Assembly: GCF_964059055.1 (NCBI RefSeq)
Contig: NZ_OZ060386.1
Location: 527,063 to 559,062 of the forward strand
DNA length: 32,000 nt
Reading direction: 5' to 3'
From: Buchnera aphidicola (Neophyllaphis podocarpi)
GTDB lineage: Bacteria > Pseudomonadota > Gammaproteobacteria > Enterobacterales > Enterobacteriaceae
Below the pieces are notes generated by a model. That model saw nothing but the letters and a program-made list of their open reading frames with translations, ran no database searches and had not been told where the DNA came from. Below, one piece after another: positions 19,152 through 30,099 of the stretch. Numbering within the stretch: the stretch's first letter is position 1; each line of letters opens with the position of its first letter. Both the position numbers and the translations under genes were made by a program.

Positions 19152-19367
19152 AATGGTGGGTTCTTATTAAACTTTTGATAAATATTTATTTTGTTAAATA
19201 ATAAAAAAGTAGAAAAATTAATTTATATAAATATATAATAAATAAAATTGTTTATTATGGATAATAATAAATATTTAATTTAATAAATTATTAAAATTAA
19301 AAATTGAATTATAGTTAAATTTTAAATTAATTAGTTAATTTAAAAATAAAATTATTTTTAAAAAATA

Positions 19368-19700
19368 CTAACTTAAATTAGAATCTAAAAATTCTTTTAA
19401 TTGAATTTTGGATACAGCTCCAACTTTAGTTGCTTTAACTAAACCATCGCTAAATAATAATAAAGTAGGTATACCTTTAATTGAATATTTAGCAGGAATT
19501 TTTGTATTATGTTCAACATTTAATTTTGCTACAATTATTTTATTTTTGTATTCTAAAGATATATCTTCTAAAATAGGAGATAAAATCTTGCAAGGATTAC
19601 ACCAACTAGCCCAAAAATCTACAAGAAAATATCCTTTATTTTTAATAATTTTAGATTCAAAATTACTGTCTGTTAATTCTATTATTTCATAATTATACAT
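19368..19700 (-). CDS. trxA: Thioredoxin 1 (active site WCNPC)
   Basis: The track ORF extends to 19742. The ATG at 19700 is preceded by GGAGA with 5-nt spacing and gives a 110-aa protein collinear with E. coli TrxA (109 aa). Shared blocks include VDFWASWCNPCK, IPTLLLF and ATKVGA. Confidence 0.93.
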   Translation of the reverse strand: MYNYEIIELTDSNFESKIIKNKGYFLVDFWASWCNPCKILSPILEDISLEYKNKIIVAKLNVEHNTKIPAKYSIKGIPTLLLFSDGLVKATKVGAVSKIQLKEFLDSNLS

Positions 19701-19773
19701 GATTATCTCCAGTTTAAAATTTCTATTTAAAATAAATAACAAATTATATTATAATAATTTATAAATAATTATT

Positions 19774-21792
19774 TTAATTATTAATATTTTTTATTATTTT
19801 TTTTAATCTAAATATATAAGAACTACTATCTTGTTTAATTTTTTCTTGCTTTTTAATTAAATTAATATTATTCCATAATAAATCACTTTGAGGTAACTCA
19901 AACAAAAATCTGCTATATTGAGTATTAATATTAATACCACGATAAAATCTTTGATTAGATAATGTAAAAAATAATTTTTTCTGAGCTCTAGTAATACCTA
20001 CATAAAATAATCTACGTTCTTCTTCTATGTTATTAATATAATTGTTTGTATGAGGTAATATTCCTTCTTCTAATCCTGAAATTATAACAAAAGGAAACTC
20101 TAATCCTTTAGAAGAATGTAAAGTCATTAAATTAACTTTATTATTTTTTTCTGAATATTTTATATTTTCATTTTTAATATCTTTTAAAGAAATATTTGTT
20201 ATAACATCATCTAAATTTAAAGGTTTATTTGTGAATTTACCTGAAAGCATGTCCAAAACATATTTATAAAAAAAACATAAATTACTAATAATATTATTTA
20301 ATTTTTTCATATCTTTTACATTTTTTTTTAACCAATTTTCATAGTTAATTTTTTTTATTAAATATTTAAAAGCAAAAACAGGATTATCTTTAAATTTTAA
20401 ATAAACTTTATTAATAAAAAAAGTAAACTTATTTAAATAATCTAAAATATTTTTTTTGTTTTTTTTTATAAAATTAATGTGAAAACTAGATTTAAATAAA
20501 CTTATATTACTTATACGAGCACAGTCTGATAGTTTTTTTATTGTCATCATTCCTATGTTTCTTTTTGGTCTATTAATTATCCTTAAAAAAGAAACATCGT
20601 CATTAAAATTATTTACTAATTTCATATAAGATATAATATCTTTAATTTCTGAACTTTCAAATAAAGAATTGTTGCCATAGATTTGATAAGGTAGATTTTG
20701 TTCGATTAATTTTTTTTCTATTATTTTTGATTGATAATTATTTCTATAGAGAATAGCGTAATCTCTATAGTTAGTTTGATATTTTGATATATTTTTAGTT
20801 ATTATTTTTGCAATTGAACTAGCTTCTAATTCTTCATTATTTGAAATTGTTATTCTAATTTTAGATCCATTATCTAAATTAGAAAATAATTTTTTTGAAA
20901 ATATATGATGATTATTTGAAATTAAAATATTAGCAGCATTTAAAATTATCTTAGAAGATCTATAATTTTGTTCCATTTTAATTATTTTAGTTTGAGGAAA
21001 ATCTTTTATTAATATCTGAAAATTTTGAGATCTTGCTCCTCTCCATGAATATATAGATTGATCATCATCACCAACAAAGGTAAAATTAGCTTGTTTATTA
21101 ATAATCATTTTGATCATTTCATATTGAATAGAATTAGTATCTTGATACTCGTCAATTAATAAATAGTCAATATTATTTCTCCATTTTTCTCTAATTAATT
21201 TATTTTTTTTAAAAAGTATAGTTGGTAAAAAAATCAGATCATCAAAATCTAAAATATTAGAACATTTTAGATATCTATCATAAATTTTATACAATTTTAT
21301 AAATAAAACATTTGAATTAGATAAATTGATTAGTTTTACATTGTTATAACTAATTAGATTATTTTTACATTTTGAAATAAATTTAATAAGTTCAATCAAT
21401 AAATTTTTATCTTTATTTAATGATTTAGAAGTCAAATCTTTTAATAATTTAAATTTATCACTTTCATCTAAAATTGAAAAATTAGGTTTTATATCTAAAT
21501 AATTTAGTTCAGATTTTATAATGTATAAACCAAGTGAATGAAAAGTAGAAATTATAACTTTTTCTGAATCACTAATTTCAATAATGCTATTTAATCTATT
21601 TTTCATTTCATTAGCAGCTTTATTTGTAAAAGTAATAGCAACTATTTTATTTTTTTTATAAATATGATTTTTAACTAAATGATTTATTTTATTAGTAATA
21701 ACATTAGTTTTACCAGATCCAGCTCCAGCTAATACAAGACAAGGACCTTTTATTAAATTAATAATTTTTTTTTGATTAAAATTAAGCAACAT
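19774..21792 (-). CDS. rep: ATP-dependent DNA helicase Rep (UvrD/Rep superfamily 1)
   Basis: The 672-aa ORF has the SF1 helicase motifs: GPCLVLAGAGSGKT (motif I), LLIDEYQDTN (motif II), VGDDDQSIYSWRGA, NYRS, TLHSSKGLEF and YVGITRA. Its position between ilvC and trxA-rho is consistent with Rep rather than UvrD. Confidence 0.9.
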   Translation of the reverse strand: MLLNFNQKKIINLIKGPCLVLAGAGSGKTNVITNKINHLVKNHIYKKNKIVAITFTNKAANEMKNRLNSIIEISDSEKVIISTFHSLGLYIIKSELNYLDIKPNFSILDESDKFKLLKDLTSKSLNKDKNLLIELIKFISKCKNNLISYNNVKLINLSNSNVLFIKLYKIYDRYLKCSNILDFDDLIFLPTILFKKNKLIREKWRNNIDYLLIDEYQDTNSIQYEMIKMIINKQANFTFVGDDDQSIYSWRGARSQNFQILIKDFPQTKIIKMEQNYRSSKIILNAANILISNNHHIFSKKLFSNLDNGSKIRITISNNEELEASSIAKIITKNISKYQTNYRDYAILYRNNYQSKIIEKKLIEQNLPYQIYGNNSLFESSEIKDIISYMKLVNNFNDDVSFLRIINRPKRNIGMMTIKKLSDCARISNISLFKSSFHINFIKKNKKNILDYLNKFTFFINKVYLKFKDNPVFAFKYLIKKINYENWLKKNVKDMKKLNNIISNLCFFYKYVLDMLSGKFTNKPLNLDDVITNISLKDIKNENIKYSEKNNKVNLMTLHSSKGLEFPFVIISGLEEGILPHTNNYINNIEEERRLFYVGITRAQKKLFFTLSNQRFYRGININTQYSRFLFELPQSDLLWNNINLIKKQEKIKQDSSSYIFRLKKIIKNINN

Positions 21793-21825
21793 TTATGATA
21801 TTCAAAATTTATTTTAAGTTAATAG

Positions 21826-21892
21826 ATTTAGAAATTAAAGATAATTTTTTAATTTCTAAATAGATAACTAAATTTACATCTATTTAGAAATT
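21826..21892. repeat. Three-segment element able to form two mutually exclusive hairpins (ilvC-rep spacer)
   Basis: Segment B (21848..21865) can pair with A (21826..21839, 14 bp) or with C (21878..21892, 15 bp, aatttctaaatagat/atctatttagaaatt). A and C are direct repeats sharing atttagaaatt. All pairings were checked by hand. Confidence 0.7.
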
Positions 21893-21920
21893 TTAAATCT
21901 TTTGATTTTTTATCTTAATT

Positions 21921-23381
21921 TTATTGAAAGTATATATTTTTCATATTTTTCATATAACTTCTTAATTTAATTCCTATAGTCTCTATAGGGTGATTACGTA
22001 TTAAACTATTTATTTTATTTAATTTAGAATTTTCTATTTTTGATTTCGTAAAAAATTTATCATCTATTTGATTAACAAATTTTTTTAATATAGGAAATGC
22101 CTTTTCTGTAAAAATATAATTTCCATATTCAGCTGTATCAGAAATTACTAAATTCATTTCATAAAGTCTTTTACGAGCAATAGTATTTGCTATCAATGGT
22201 AATTCATGTAAAGACTCATAGTATGCAGATTCTGGAAGAATACCAGAATTTATCATAGTTTCAAAAGATAATTCTATTCCTGCTTTTATAATTGAGATTA
22301 GTAAAATATTTTTATCAAAATACTCTTGTTCTTCAATAATACCTTTATAATAAGGAGCATTTTCAAATGATGTGGATTTTGTTTTTAAACGTAATTTTTT
22401 TAGTTTAGTATCTTTATTAACCCAATCTTTCATCATTTCTTTAGAAAATTCACCTGAAATTATATCATCCATATGATTTTTAAATAAACCACCTAATAAG
22501 ATTTTTATTTTGTTACTCATATAAAATGAATTAATTTTTGCAGAATTTGATAATCTATCCATCATTAATGTTATACCTCCATGTTTCAATGATTCAGTTA
22601 TAATTTCACAACCTTTTTGTATTAATTTACATGCATAATCTGAGTCGTATCCTTGGGATATTAATTTTTCGTAACAAACTAAAGTTGCTGTTTGCATCAT
22701 ACCACAAAGTATTGTTTGTTCTCCCATGAGATCTGATTTAACTTCTGCTGAAAAAGAAGATTCTAAAACACCAGCTCTATGAGAACCTATAGAAAAAGCC
22801 CAAGATTTAGCAGCATTTAATCCATTAGATTTAGGATCATTTTCAGAATGTACTGCAATTAAAGTTGGAACTCCAAATCCTCTTTTATATTCTTCTCTAA
22901 CTTCTGTTCCTGGACATTTGGGAGCAACCATTATAACTGTTATATCTTTTCTTATTTTTTGTCCTTCTTCTATGATATTGAAACCATGAGAATAACCTAA
23001 TATAGAATTAAATTTCATTAATTTTTGTATTTCAGATATAACTTTATTGTGCTGTTTATCAGGAGTTAAATTTATTACTAAATCAGCTTCAGGTATTAAA
23101 GATACGTAACTTCCTATCTCAAATTTATTTTTTGTTGCATTTATCCATGATGTTTTTTTATTTAATATAGACTTATCTCTTAAAGCAAATGAAACGTTTA
23201 AACCAGATTCACGCATATTAAGTCCCTGATTTAATCCTTGAGAACCGCATCCTATAATAACTATTTTTTTGTCTTTTAAAAAATTAATACCATTTTTAAA
23301 TTCATTTTGTTTAATTAAACGGCATTTTTGAAGTTCTATCAATTTTTCACGAAAATTTAATTTATTAAAATAATTTGACAC
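21921..23381 (-). CDS. ilvC: Ketol-acid reductoisomerase (NADP+), class II
   Basis: The 486-aa ORF starts [14 protein letters not shown] as in E. coli IlvC. The [17 protein letters not shown]-binding loop, SHGFNI and GEQTILCG blocks are present. Confidence 0.96.
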   Translation of the reverse strand: MSNYFNKLNFREKLIELQKCRLIKQNEFKNGINFLKDKKIVIIGCGSQGLNQGLNMRESGLNVSFALRDKSILNKKTSWINATKNKFEIGSYVSLIPEADLVINLTPDKQHNKVISEIQKLMKFNSILGYSHGFNIIEEGQKIRKDITVIMVAPKCPGTEVREEYKRGFGVPTLIAVHSENDPKSNGLNAAKSWAFSIGSHRAGVLESSFSAEVKSDLMGEQTILCGMMQTATLVCYEKLISQGYDSDYACKLIQKGCEIITESLKHGGITLMMDRLSNSAKINSFYMSNKIKILLGGLFKNHMDDIISGEFSKEMMKDWVNKDTKLKKLRLKTKSTSFENAPYYKGIIEEQEYFDKNILLISIIKAGIELSFETMINSGILPESAYYESLHELPLIANTIARKRLYEMNLVISDTAEYGNYIFTEKAFPILKKFVNQIDDKFFTKSKIENSKLNKINSLIRNHPIETIGIKLRSYMKNMKNIYFQ

Positions 23382-23413
23382 AAATTACTCCTTTAAATTG
23401 AATAAAAATTATA

Positions 23414-25282
23414 TTAATCAATATTATAATTATAGTTAATTTTTTTTATATCTCTTACAGCTCCTTCACTAGCACTAGTAGCAAATATAGCATAATTTTT
23501 AAGCGCTAAAGAAATTTTTCTATTTCTATTTTTCATTGGAGTATATGCAAATATACCTCTAGACTCTTCTATTTGCTTTCTAGCATTTAATTCAATATCA
23601 CTAATATTTAAATTAATTTTTTTACTTTTAATATCTATTTCGATAATATCTCCATTTTTTACTAAAGATATTAAACCTTTATTTGCTGCTTCTGGAGAGA
23701 TATGACCTATAGATAATCCAGATGTTCCTCCTGAAAATCTACCATCTGTTATAAGAGCGCAATGTTTATCTATTCCCATAGATTTTAGATATGTTGTAGG
23801 ATAAAGCATTTCCTGCATTCCAGGACCTCCTTTAGGTCCTTCATATCTTATTACTACAACATCACCTTTATTAATAAGACCATTTAAAATTGCATCAACT
23901 GCATCTTCTTGGCTTTCATAAACTTTGGCTTTTCCTTTGAATAAAAAATTTTTTTTGTCTACACCAGCTGTTTTTAATATACATCCATCCTTAGCTATAT
24001 TGCCATATAAAACTGATATTCCCCCTTCTCTACTATATGCATATTCTACCGAACGTATGCATCCATTAATTCTATCTTCATCTAAATTTTTCCATCTATA
24101 ACTTTGAGAAAAAGGTTTTATAGTTTTAATTCCGCCAGGACCAGATCTAAACATTTTTTTAATTTTTTCATTATCTGTAATCTTTATATCATATTTATTA
24201 ATTAAAATTTTTAAGGTTGATCCCATTATGTTTTTGACTTTACTATTTATTAAATTTCCTCTATCTAATTCACCTAATATAGAAATTATACCACCAGCAC
24301 GATGCAAGTCCTCTATATGATATTTTTTTGTATTAGGAGATAATCTACAAATATTAGGAATTTTTTTTGATATTTCATTGATATCTTTCATAGAAAAATT
24401 GACTTTAGCTTCATTAGCTGCAGCTAATAAATGAAGTACTGTATTTGTAGATCCTCCCATAGCTATATCTACTATCATAGCATTTCTAAAAGCAGAATTA
24501 GTAGCAATACTAAGAGGCAACAATTCTTTATTGTTTTTAAGATAGTAATTTTTTGTTATTTCTACTATTAAAGAAGCAGAATCTAAAAATAGTTTTTTTC
24601 TGTCTGTATGAGTTGCTAATATTGTTCCATTGCCAGGTAAAGCTAAACCTAAAACTTCAATTAAGCAGTTCATAGAATTTGCTGTAAACATTCCTGAACA
24701 AGAACCGCAGGTAGGACATGCAGAATCTTCTATTGTTTTAGCTAAATTGTTATTAATTTTTGCATTTACTCCCTGAGCTATTGAATCTACTAAATCAATT
24801 TTTATATCTTTGTTTTTTAATGATATTTTTCCAGCTTCCATAGGACCTCCAGAAACAAAAACTGTAGGAATATTTAATCTTAAAGAAGCCATTAACATAC
24901 CAGGAGTAATTTTGTCACAGTTTGATATGCAAATCATTGCATCAACACAGTGTGCATTGATCATATATTCTACAGAATCTGCTATCAATTCACGAGAAGG
25001 AAGAGAGTACAACATACCACTATGACCCATTGCTATTCCATCATCAATTGCTATTGTATTAAATTCCTTTGCTACTCCTCCTTTTGAATTAATCTGATCT
25101 GATATAATTTTAGAGACTTTCCTTAAATGTATATGACCAGGTACGAATTCAGAAAATGAATTAACTACTGCAATAATAGGTTTATCAAAATCTGATTCAA
25201 TCATTCCAGTAGCTTTCCATAAAGATCTAGCACCAGACATTTTCATTCCATGGGTTGTAGTTTTAGACCTGTAAGTAGTCAT
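23414..25282 (-). CDS. ilvD: Dihydroxy-acid dehydratase
   Basis: The 622-aa ORF has the N-terminus [17 protein letters not shown]. Also present are [14 protein letters not shown], the cluster ligand region [18 protein letters not shown], and [19 protein letters not shown]. Confidence 0.97.
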   Translation of the reverse strand: MTTYRSKTTTHGMKMSGARSLWKATGMIESDFDKPIIAVVNSFSEFVPGHIHLRKVSKIISDQINSKGGVAKEFNTIAIDDGIAMGHSGMLYSLPSRELIADSVEYMINAHCVDAMICISNCDKITPGMLMASLRLNIPTVFVSGGPMEAGKISLKNKDIKIDLVDSIAQGVNAKINNNLAKTIEDSACPTCGSCSGMFTANSMNCLIEVLGLALPGNGTILATHTDRKKLFLDSASLIVEITKNYYLKNNKELLPLSIATNSAFRNAMIVDIAMGGSTNTVLHLLAAANEAKVNFSMKDINEISKKIPNICRLSPNTKKYHIEDLHRAGGIISILGELDRGNLINSKVKNIMGSTLKILINKYDIKITDNEKIKKMFRSGPGGIKTIKPFSQSYRWKNLDEDRINGCIRSVEYAYSREGGISVLYGNIAKDGCILKTAGVDKKNFLFKGKAKVYESQEDAVDAILNGLINKGDVVVIRYEGPKGGPGMQEMLYPTTYLKSMGIDKHCALITDGRFSGGTSGLSIGHISPEAANKGLISLVKNGDIIEIDIKSKKINLNISDIELNARKQIEESRGIFAYTPMKNRNRKISLALKNYAIFATSASEGAVRDIKKINYNYNID

Positions 25283-25392
25283 AATAAAAATCCTTAAACA
25301 TATTAATTTTACTCATTGTAAAATTAAAAATACTTAGTTATTATAAAATTGAAAAATGTTTTGAAATGTTTTTGATATTTTTGGTTTTTTTA

Positions 25393-25465
25393 TCAGGGGT
25401 GGAGGGATTTGAACCCCCAACAATCGGTTTTGGAGACCGATGCTCTACCATTTGAACTACACCCC
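25393..25465 (-). tRNA. tRNA-Trp (anticodon CCA)
   Basis: The reverse complement folds as aggggtg-ta-gttc-aaatggta-gagc-a-tcggt-ctCCAaa-accga-ttgtt-ggggg-ttcaaat-ccctc-cacccct-g. It is collinear with E. coli trpT. The 3' CCA is not encoded. Confidence 0.93.
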
Positions 25466-25640
25466 TATTAAAATTTTAAAAAAAGGAATGGTAAATTTTA
25501 AATTTAATAATAATATGAATTCATAATTATTTCAAGATTTTTATTTATATCAAAATATAATTTTTATACAAAAAATAAGCTTTAATAGATTCATAGAGTT
25601 AAACTTAATTAAATTTACTTATATAAAAGCGAAATAAAAT

Positions 25641-26855
25641 ATGAAATTTCCAATTTATTTAGACAACGCTTCAACAACACCTCTAGACAAAAAAGTTTTA
25701 AATAAAATGTTAAAATATCTAACTTCAGACGGAGAATTTGGTAATGCAGCTTCGAGATCTCATATATTTGGATGGAAAGCAGAAGAAGCAGTAGATAAAG
25801 CAAGGAATCAAATATCTAAGTTAATATCAGCTGATTCAAGAGAAATTATATTCACTTCAGGTGCAACAGAATCTAATAACCTAGCTATAAAAGGTTGCGC
25901 CTATTTTTACAAAAACAAAGGAAATCATATAATTACAAGTCAAACTGAACATAAATCAGTTTTAGATAGTTGTAGATATCTTGAAACACAAGGATTTGAT
26001 ATTACATATATAAAACCTGAATCTAATGGAATTATTGATTTAATAAAAATTGAAGAAGCAATCAAAAAAAATACAATACTAGTGTCTATAATGCATATTA
26101 ATAATGAAACAGGAATTATGCAAAATATAAAAAAAATAGGCTCTATTTGTAAATCAAGAAATATATTTTTTCATGTAGATGCTACTCAAAGCATAGGTAA
26201 GATAAAAATAAATATCAATAATATAAATGTAAATCTAATGTCTTTTTCTTCTCATAAAATACATGGACCAAAAGGTATAGGAGGTTTATATATAAGACGT
26301 AGACCAAGAATTCGTCTTGTAAGTCAAATTCATGGAGGAGGACATGAAAAAGGAATGAGATCTGGTACATTACCAGTACATCAAATTGTAGGAATGGGAT
26401 ATGCTTTTAGTATCGCAAATAAAAATATGATATCTTCCCAAAGAAAAATTAAAAAATTAAGAGATTTTTTATGGGAAGGAATAAAAGATATAGAAGAAAT
26501 TTATTTAAATAGTGATTTATTAAATGGTTCACCTAATATTTTAAATGTTAGTTTTAATTATGTAGAAGGTGAATCTTTAATAATGGCATTAAAAGATATA
26601 GCTATTTCTTCTGGATCTGCATGTACTTCAGCTAGTTTAGAACCTTCTTATGTTCTTAGTGCAGTTGGAGTTAAAGATGAATTAGCTCATAGTTCTATAC
26701 GCTTTTCTCTTAGTAAATTTAATACTTTAGAAGAAATAAAATATACAATAAATATAATACATAAATCAATTAACAAATTAAGAGAAATTTCTCCTTTATG
26801 GGAAATGTTTAAATCAGGAGTTGATTTAGATAACATAAAGTGGGATCATAAATAA
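25641..26855 (+). CDS. iscS: Cysteine desulfurase IscS
   Basis: The 404-aa ORF starts [14 protein letters not shown]. It has the PLP-lysine region [17 protein letters not shown], the catalytic loop [17 protein letters not shown], and the C-terminal [13 protein letters not shown]. Confidence 0.97.
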   Translation: MKFPIYLDNASTTPLDKKVLNKMLKYLTSDGEFGNAASRSHIFGWKAEEAVDKARNQISKLISADSREIIFTSGATESNNLAIKGCAYFYKNKGNHIITSQTEHKSVLDSCRYLETQGFDITYIKPESNGIIDLIKIEEAIKKNTILVSIMHINNETGIMQNIKKIGSICKSRNIFFHVDATQSIGKIKININNINVNLMSFSSHKIHGPKGIGGLYIRRRPRIRLVSQIHGGGHEKGMRSGTLPVHQIVGMGYAFSIANKNMISSQRKIKKLRDFLWEGIKDIEEIYLNSDLLNGSPNILNVSFNYVEGESLIMALKDIAISSGSACTSASLEPSYVLSAVGVKDELAHSSIRFSLSKFNTLEEIKYTINIIHKSINKLREISPLWEMFKSGVDLDNIKWDHK

Positions 26856-26892
26856 AACATTAATAATTACATTAATAACTTTAGGTACATTT

Positions 26893-27297
26893 ATGTCATA
26901 TAGTAAAAAAGTAATCGATCACTATGAAAATCCACGTAATGTTGGATCTTTTGATATAAATATAAATAATGATAATTCAAAAATTGGTAGTGGAATGGTT
27001 GGAGCTCCTGCCTGTGGAGACGTTATGAAATTACAGATTAAAGTAAACGATAAAGGAATTATAGAAGATGCAAAATTTAAAACTTATGGATGTGGTTCAG
27101 CAATAGCATCTAGTTCACTAATGACCGAATGGGTTAAAGGAAAAACTTTACAAGAAGCTCAATTAATAAAAAATACCTCTATCGCTCAAGAATTAGAATT
27201 ACCTCCTGTAAAAATTCATTGTTCAATATTAGCTGAAGACGCTATTAAAGCAGCAATACAAGATTATAAAAATAAAAAAAACAATTCAAAAAATTAA
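26893..27297 (+). CDS. iscU: Iron-sulfur cluster scaffold protein IscU
   Basis: The 134-aa ORF starts MSYSKKVIDHYENPRNVG. The three cluster cysteines are in GAPACGDVM, KTYGCGSAIASSS and HCSILAEDA, and the LPPVK HscA-binding motif is present. Confidence 0.96.
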   Translation: MSYSKKVIDHYENPRNVGSFDININNDNSKIGSGMVGAPACGDVMKLQIKVNDKGIIEDAKFKTYGCGSAIASSSLMTEWVKGKTLQEAQLIKNTSIAQELELPPVKIHCSILAEDAIKAAIQDYKNKKNNSKN

Positions 27298-27321
27298 ATT
27301 TTGTTAAAATTATTTCTAAAA

Positions 27322-27348
27322 ATTACTGGTAAATTTATTACCAGTAAT
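27322..27348 (+). terminator. Intra-operon hairpin between iscU and hscB (possible attenuator or processing site)
   Basis: An 11-bp stem, attactggtaa (27322..27332) paired with ttaccagtaat (27338..27348), has a 5-nt loop and is followed by aggTTTTCTT. It lies 25 nt after the iscU stop codon, at the position where E. coli carries iscA. Confidence 0.35.
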
Positions 27349-27391
27349 AGGTTTTCTTAATAAAAACTACATATTTTTATGAGATATTATT

Positions 27392-27910
27392 ATGAATTAT
27401 TTTAATTTATTTAGCTTACCTCAAATATTTAACATTAATGAAGAATTATTAATTAAAAATTTTTATGAACTACAAAAAAAATTTCATCCTGATAAATTAA
27501 TTAATAGTTCAACAAATTTATTATCTAAAATGAATAATAAAATTATTATAATAAATAAAGGTTATAAAATACTTAAAGATCCTATAAATAGAGCTGAACA
27601 TTTATTATATTTAAATAATTTTATAGTTGATAAAAAATCATATTTATATGTAGAAAAAAGTTTTTTAATAAAAAATATTTCATTATTTGAAAAATTAGAA
27701 ACTATAATAAAAGAAAAAGAAAATAATCTTGCTTTAAGTAATTTCATAAATAAAATTGTTTTAAAAAAAGATAAATATTTAAATAAGCTAATTTATTTGT
27801 TTGATTTAAAAAAATTTAAATCTATTAAATCTATATTAATTAAAATTAAATTTTTACAGAATTTAATTTCTAAAGCTGAAATAATTAAAGAAAAAAATAA
27901 TAATTTATAA
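27392..27910 (+). CDS. hscB: Fe-S assembly J-domain co-chaperone HscB
   Basis: The 172-aa ORF has an N-terminal J domain with MNYFNLFSLPQ and the HPD motif (KKFHPDKL). Its position between iscU and hscA fits this call. Confidence 0.9.
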   Translation: MNYFNLFSLPQIFNINEELLIKNFYELQKKFHPDKLINSSTNLLSKMNNKIIIINKGYKILKDPINRAEHLLYLNNFIVDKKSYLYVEKSFLIKNISLFEKLETIIKEKENNLALSNFINKIVLKKDKYLNKLIYLFDLKKFKSIKSILIKIKFLQNLISKAEIIKEKNNNL

Positions 27911-27925
27911 ATTATAAGGATTTTT

Positions 27926-29776
27926 ATGGATTTTATGAATTGTAATACTTTTTTTTTAAATAATTTTAATAAAAAGATTAAGAAAATAGCAGGAATAGAT
28001 TTAGGAACTACATATTCTGCTATATCTACTGTAATAAATAACAAAGTTAAGATAATTCCAGACCAAAATGGTAATTTATTACTACCCTCTATAGTATGTT
28101 ATAAAAGAGATAGACCTATAGTAGGATGGAATGCTGTTAACAAATTTAAATCTAATGATATAATTAATACTATTAATTCTGCAAAGAGACTTTTAGGGTA
28201 CTCTTTGTCTGATATAAATCAAAATAAAATCTTTTTCCCTTATATTTTTAAAAAAAACAAATATAATAAAATTATAATAAAAACCAATTATGGTTTTGTA
28301 ACTCCAGAAATAGTTTTAGGAGATATACTTAAATCTCTAAAAAATAGATTTTTAGATTTTTGTGGTAAAATATTAAAGGATGTTGTAATAACTGTTCCTG
28401 CTTATTTTAATAATAAACAACGTCAGCAAGTAAAGAATTCTGCTTATTTAGCTAATTTAAATGTTTTAAGACTATTAAATGAACCAACTGCAGCCGCTTT
28501 AGCTTATGGTTTTAAAGAAAATAAAAAACACAAGATAATATTAGTTTACGATTTAGGTGGAGGTACTTTTGATGTTTCTATACTTAGAATTTCAAATGGA
28601 GTTTTTGAAGTTTTGTCTACGGGGGGTAACAATAAATTAGGAGGAGATGATTTTGATGAACAGATCGCTAATCTTATAATAAAAAAATCTAATATTAATG
28701 TGACTAATTATCCTCATTTGAAATATCATTTACTTAAGTTATCTTCTAATATTAAATTTCAATTGACTCATAGTTATTTTGCTAAAATAAATTTCTTAAA
28801 TTGGAAAGGAACTATTACTAGAAAAGAGTTTGAGGAATTAATTTATTCTCTTATTTATAAAACTATTTTAATTTGTGACAAAACTATTAAAGAAGCTAAT
28901 TTATCTATTAAAGACATAAACGATATTATTATGGTAGGAGGATCAACTCATGTACCTTTAGTTATTAAATTAGTTTCCGATTTTTTTAATAAAAATTTAT
29001 TAAATTACATTAATCCAGAAAAATCTGTTGTAATGGGAGCAGGTATTCAAGCAGAAATTTTATCTGGAAATAAAAATATACAGGAATCAGTTTTGCTATT
29101 AGATGTTGTTCCTTTATCATTGGGAATAGAAACCGTTGGTGGTTTTGTTGAAAAAATTATTAATAAAAATACTAATATTCCTTTTTCTAAAACTCAAGAA
29201 TTTACAACATTATATGATAATCAAAAATCTATTTTTATAAATATTCTTCAAGGAGAAAGAGAGTTTGTTAAAGATTGTTTTTCTTTAGGTAAGTTTTCAT
29301 TAAATAATTTGCCTTTAAAATCAGCTGGTCAAGTTAGAATATCTGTAACTTTTACAATTGATGTAAATTGCATGTTAATTGTAACTGCTGAAGAAAAATC
29401 TAAGAATTTAAAAAATAAAATTAAAATTGATATTTTTGATCATTTAAATAAGTTGAGTGTAGATAAAATTATTAAAGATTCCAAAAAACATTTACCTTCA
29501 GACTTATATAATAAATTAATTAATGATTATAAAATAAAATCAGAAAAAATTATTAATAATTTAAATCCTTTTTTATCTTCAGATTCAAATTTATTGGATA
29601 AAAAAGAATTATCTGATTTAATAAAATTCAAAAATTTACTAAAAAAATCTTTAGAAGAAAAAGATATAAATAATATAGAATTTTCTATGTCTAAATTAGA
29701 ACAAAAAAGTGATAGTTTTTTTAAACAAAGATTAAATAATTCTATTAAATCATATTTTTCTAAAGATAAAATTTAA
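27926..29776 (+). CDS. hscA: Fe-S assembly Hsp70-type chaperone HscA
   Basis: The 616-aa ORF is the same length as E. coli HscA. Shared blocks include [58 protein letters not shown] and [14 protein letters not shown]. Confidence 0.95.
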   Translation: MDFMNCNTFFLNNFNKKIKKIAGIDLGTTYSAISTVINNKVKIIPDQNGNLLLPSIVCYKRDRPIVGWNAVNKFKSNDIINTINSAKRLLGYSLSDINQNKIFFPYIFKKNKYNKIIIKTNYGFVTPEIVLGDILKSLKNRFLDFCGKILKDVVITVPAYFNNKQRQQVKNSAYLANLNVLRLLNEPTAAALAYGFKENKKHKIILVYDLGGGTFDVSILRISNGVFEVLSTGGNNKLGGDDFDEQIANLIIKKSNINVTNYPHLKYHLLKLSSNIKFQLTHSYFAKINFLNWKGTITRKEFEELIYSLIYKTILICDKTIKEANLSIKDINDIIMVGGSTHVPLVIKLVSDFFNKNLLNYINPEKSVVMGAGIQAEILSGNKNIQESVLLLDVVPLSLGIETVGGFVEKIINKNTNIPFSKTQEFTTLYDNQKSIFINILQGEREFVKDCFSLGKFSLNNLPLKSAGQVRISVTFTIDVNCMLIVTAEEKSKNLKNKIKIDIFDHLNKLSVDKIIKDSKKHLPSDLYNKLINDYKIKSEKIINNLNPFLSSDSNLLDKKELSDLIKFKNLLKKSLEEKDINNIEFSMSKLEQKSDSFFKQRLNNSIKSYFSKDKI

Positions 29777-29793
29777 GGATAATAAGAAAATAT

Positions 29794-30099
29794 ATGCCAA
29801 AAATTACTTTTTTACCTCATAAGATATTATTACCTAAAGGAGGTTCTTTTAATGCTAAATCAGGAGAATCTATATTAAATGTTGCTTTAAAAAACGGAGT
29901 AAATATTGAACATGCTTGCGAAAAATCTTGTTCTTGCGCAACTTGTCATTGTATTGTTATACAAGGAATAGATTATATTTCTTCTATTACTGAAAAAGAG
30001 GAAGATGCTTTAGATAAAGCATGGGGATTAGAAGTTAATAGTCGTTTAAGTTGTCAAGCTATAGTTTATAATAATGATATTATAGTAAAAATACCTTAA
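29794..30099 (+). CDS. fdx: [2Fe-2S] ferredoxin of the ISC system
   Basis: The 101-aa ORF starts MPKITFLPH. It has the cluster ligands in [15 protein letters not shown] and SRLSCQA, plus DKAWGLE. It is about 10 aa shorter at the C-terminus than E. coli Fdx. Confidence 0.93.
   Translation: MPKITFLPHKILLPKGGSFNAKSGESILNVALKNGVNIEHACEKSCSCATCHCIVIQGIDYISSITEKEEDALDKAWGLEVNSRLSCQAIVYNNDIIVKIP

Noticed and set aside
19320-19345. 11-bp stem / 4-nt loop hairpin 23 nt downstream of trxA, considered as a trxA terminator
   Set aside because: The stem is entirely A/T and the following T-run is short (tttaac). I cannot distinguish it from background in this sequence.
19152-19367. The 216-bp trxA-rho spacer, considered as a rho leader/attenuator (equivalent of rhoL)
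   Set aside because: I could read no conserved leader peptide ORF. The minus strand here is almost devoid of C, so no rut-like C-rich tract is present. I cannot support any regulatory call.
19408-19692. 94-aa plus-strand ORF antisense to trxA
   Set aside because: It overlaps almost the whole of trxA, and the trxA frame carries the conserved thioredoxin motifs. No evidence supports the antisense frame.
24810-25025. 71-aa ORF antisense to ilvD
   Set aside because: It is a shadow ORF inside a confident CDS.
25514-25525. 12-bp palindrome tatgaattcata upstream of iscS, considered as a possible operator since iscR is missing
   Set aside because: It is short and AT-rich, and no cognate regulator is evident. 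It shares a GAATTC core with the rho palindrome centre, but nothing further matches.
25615-25803. 62-aa minus-strand ORF overlapping the iscS start
   Set aside because: Most of it is antisense to the conserved iscS N-terminus. Its Leu-rich low-complexity translation has no motif.
27562-28044. Two minus-strand ORFs (27562..27747 and 27793..28044) opposite hscB and hscA
   Set aside because: They are shadow ORFs of Lys/Asn-rich genes and have no motifs.
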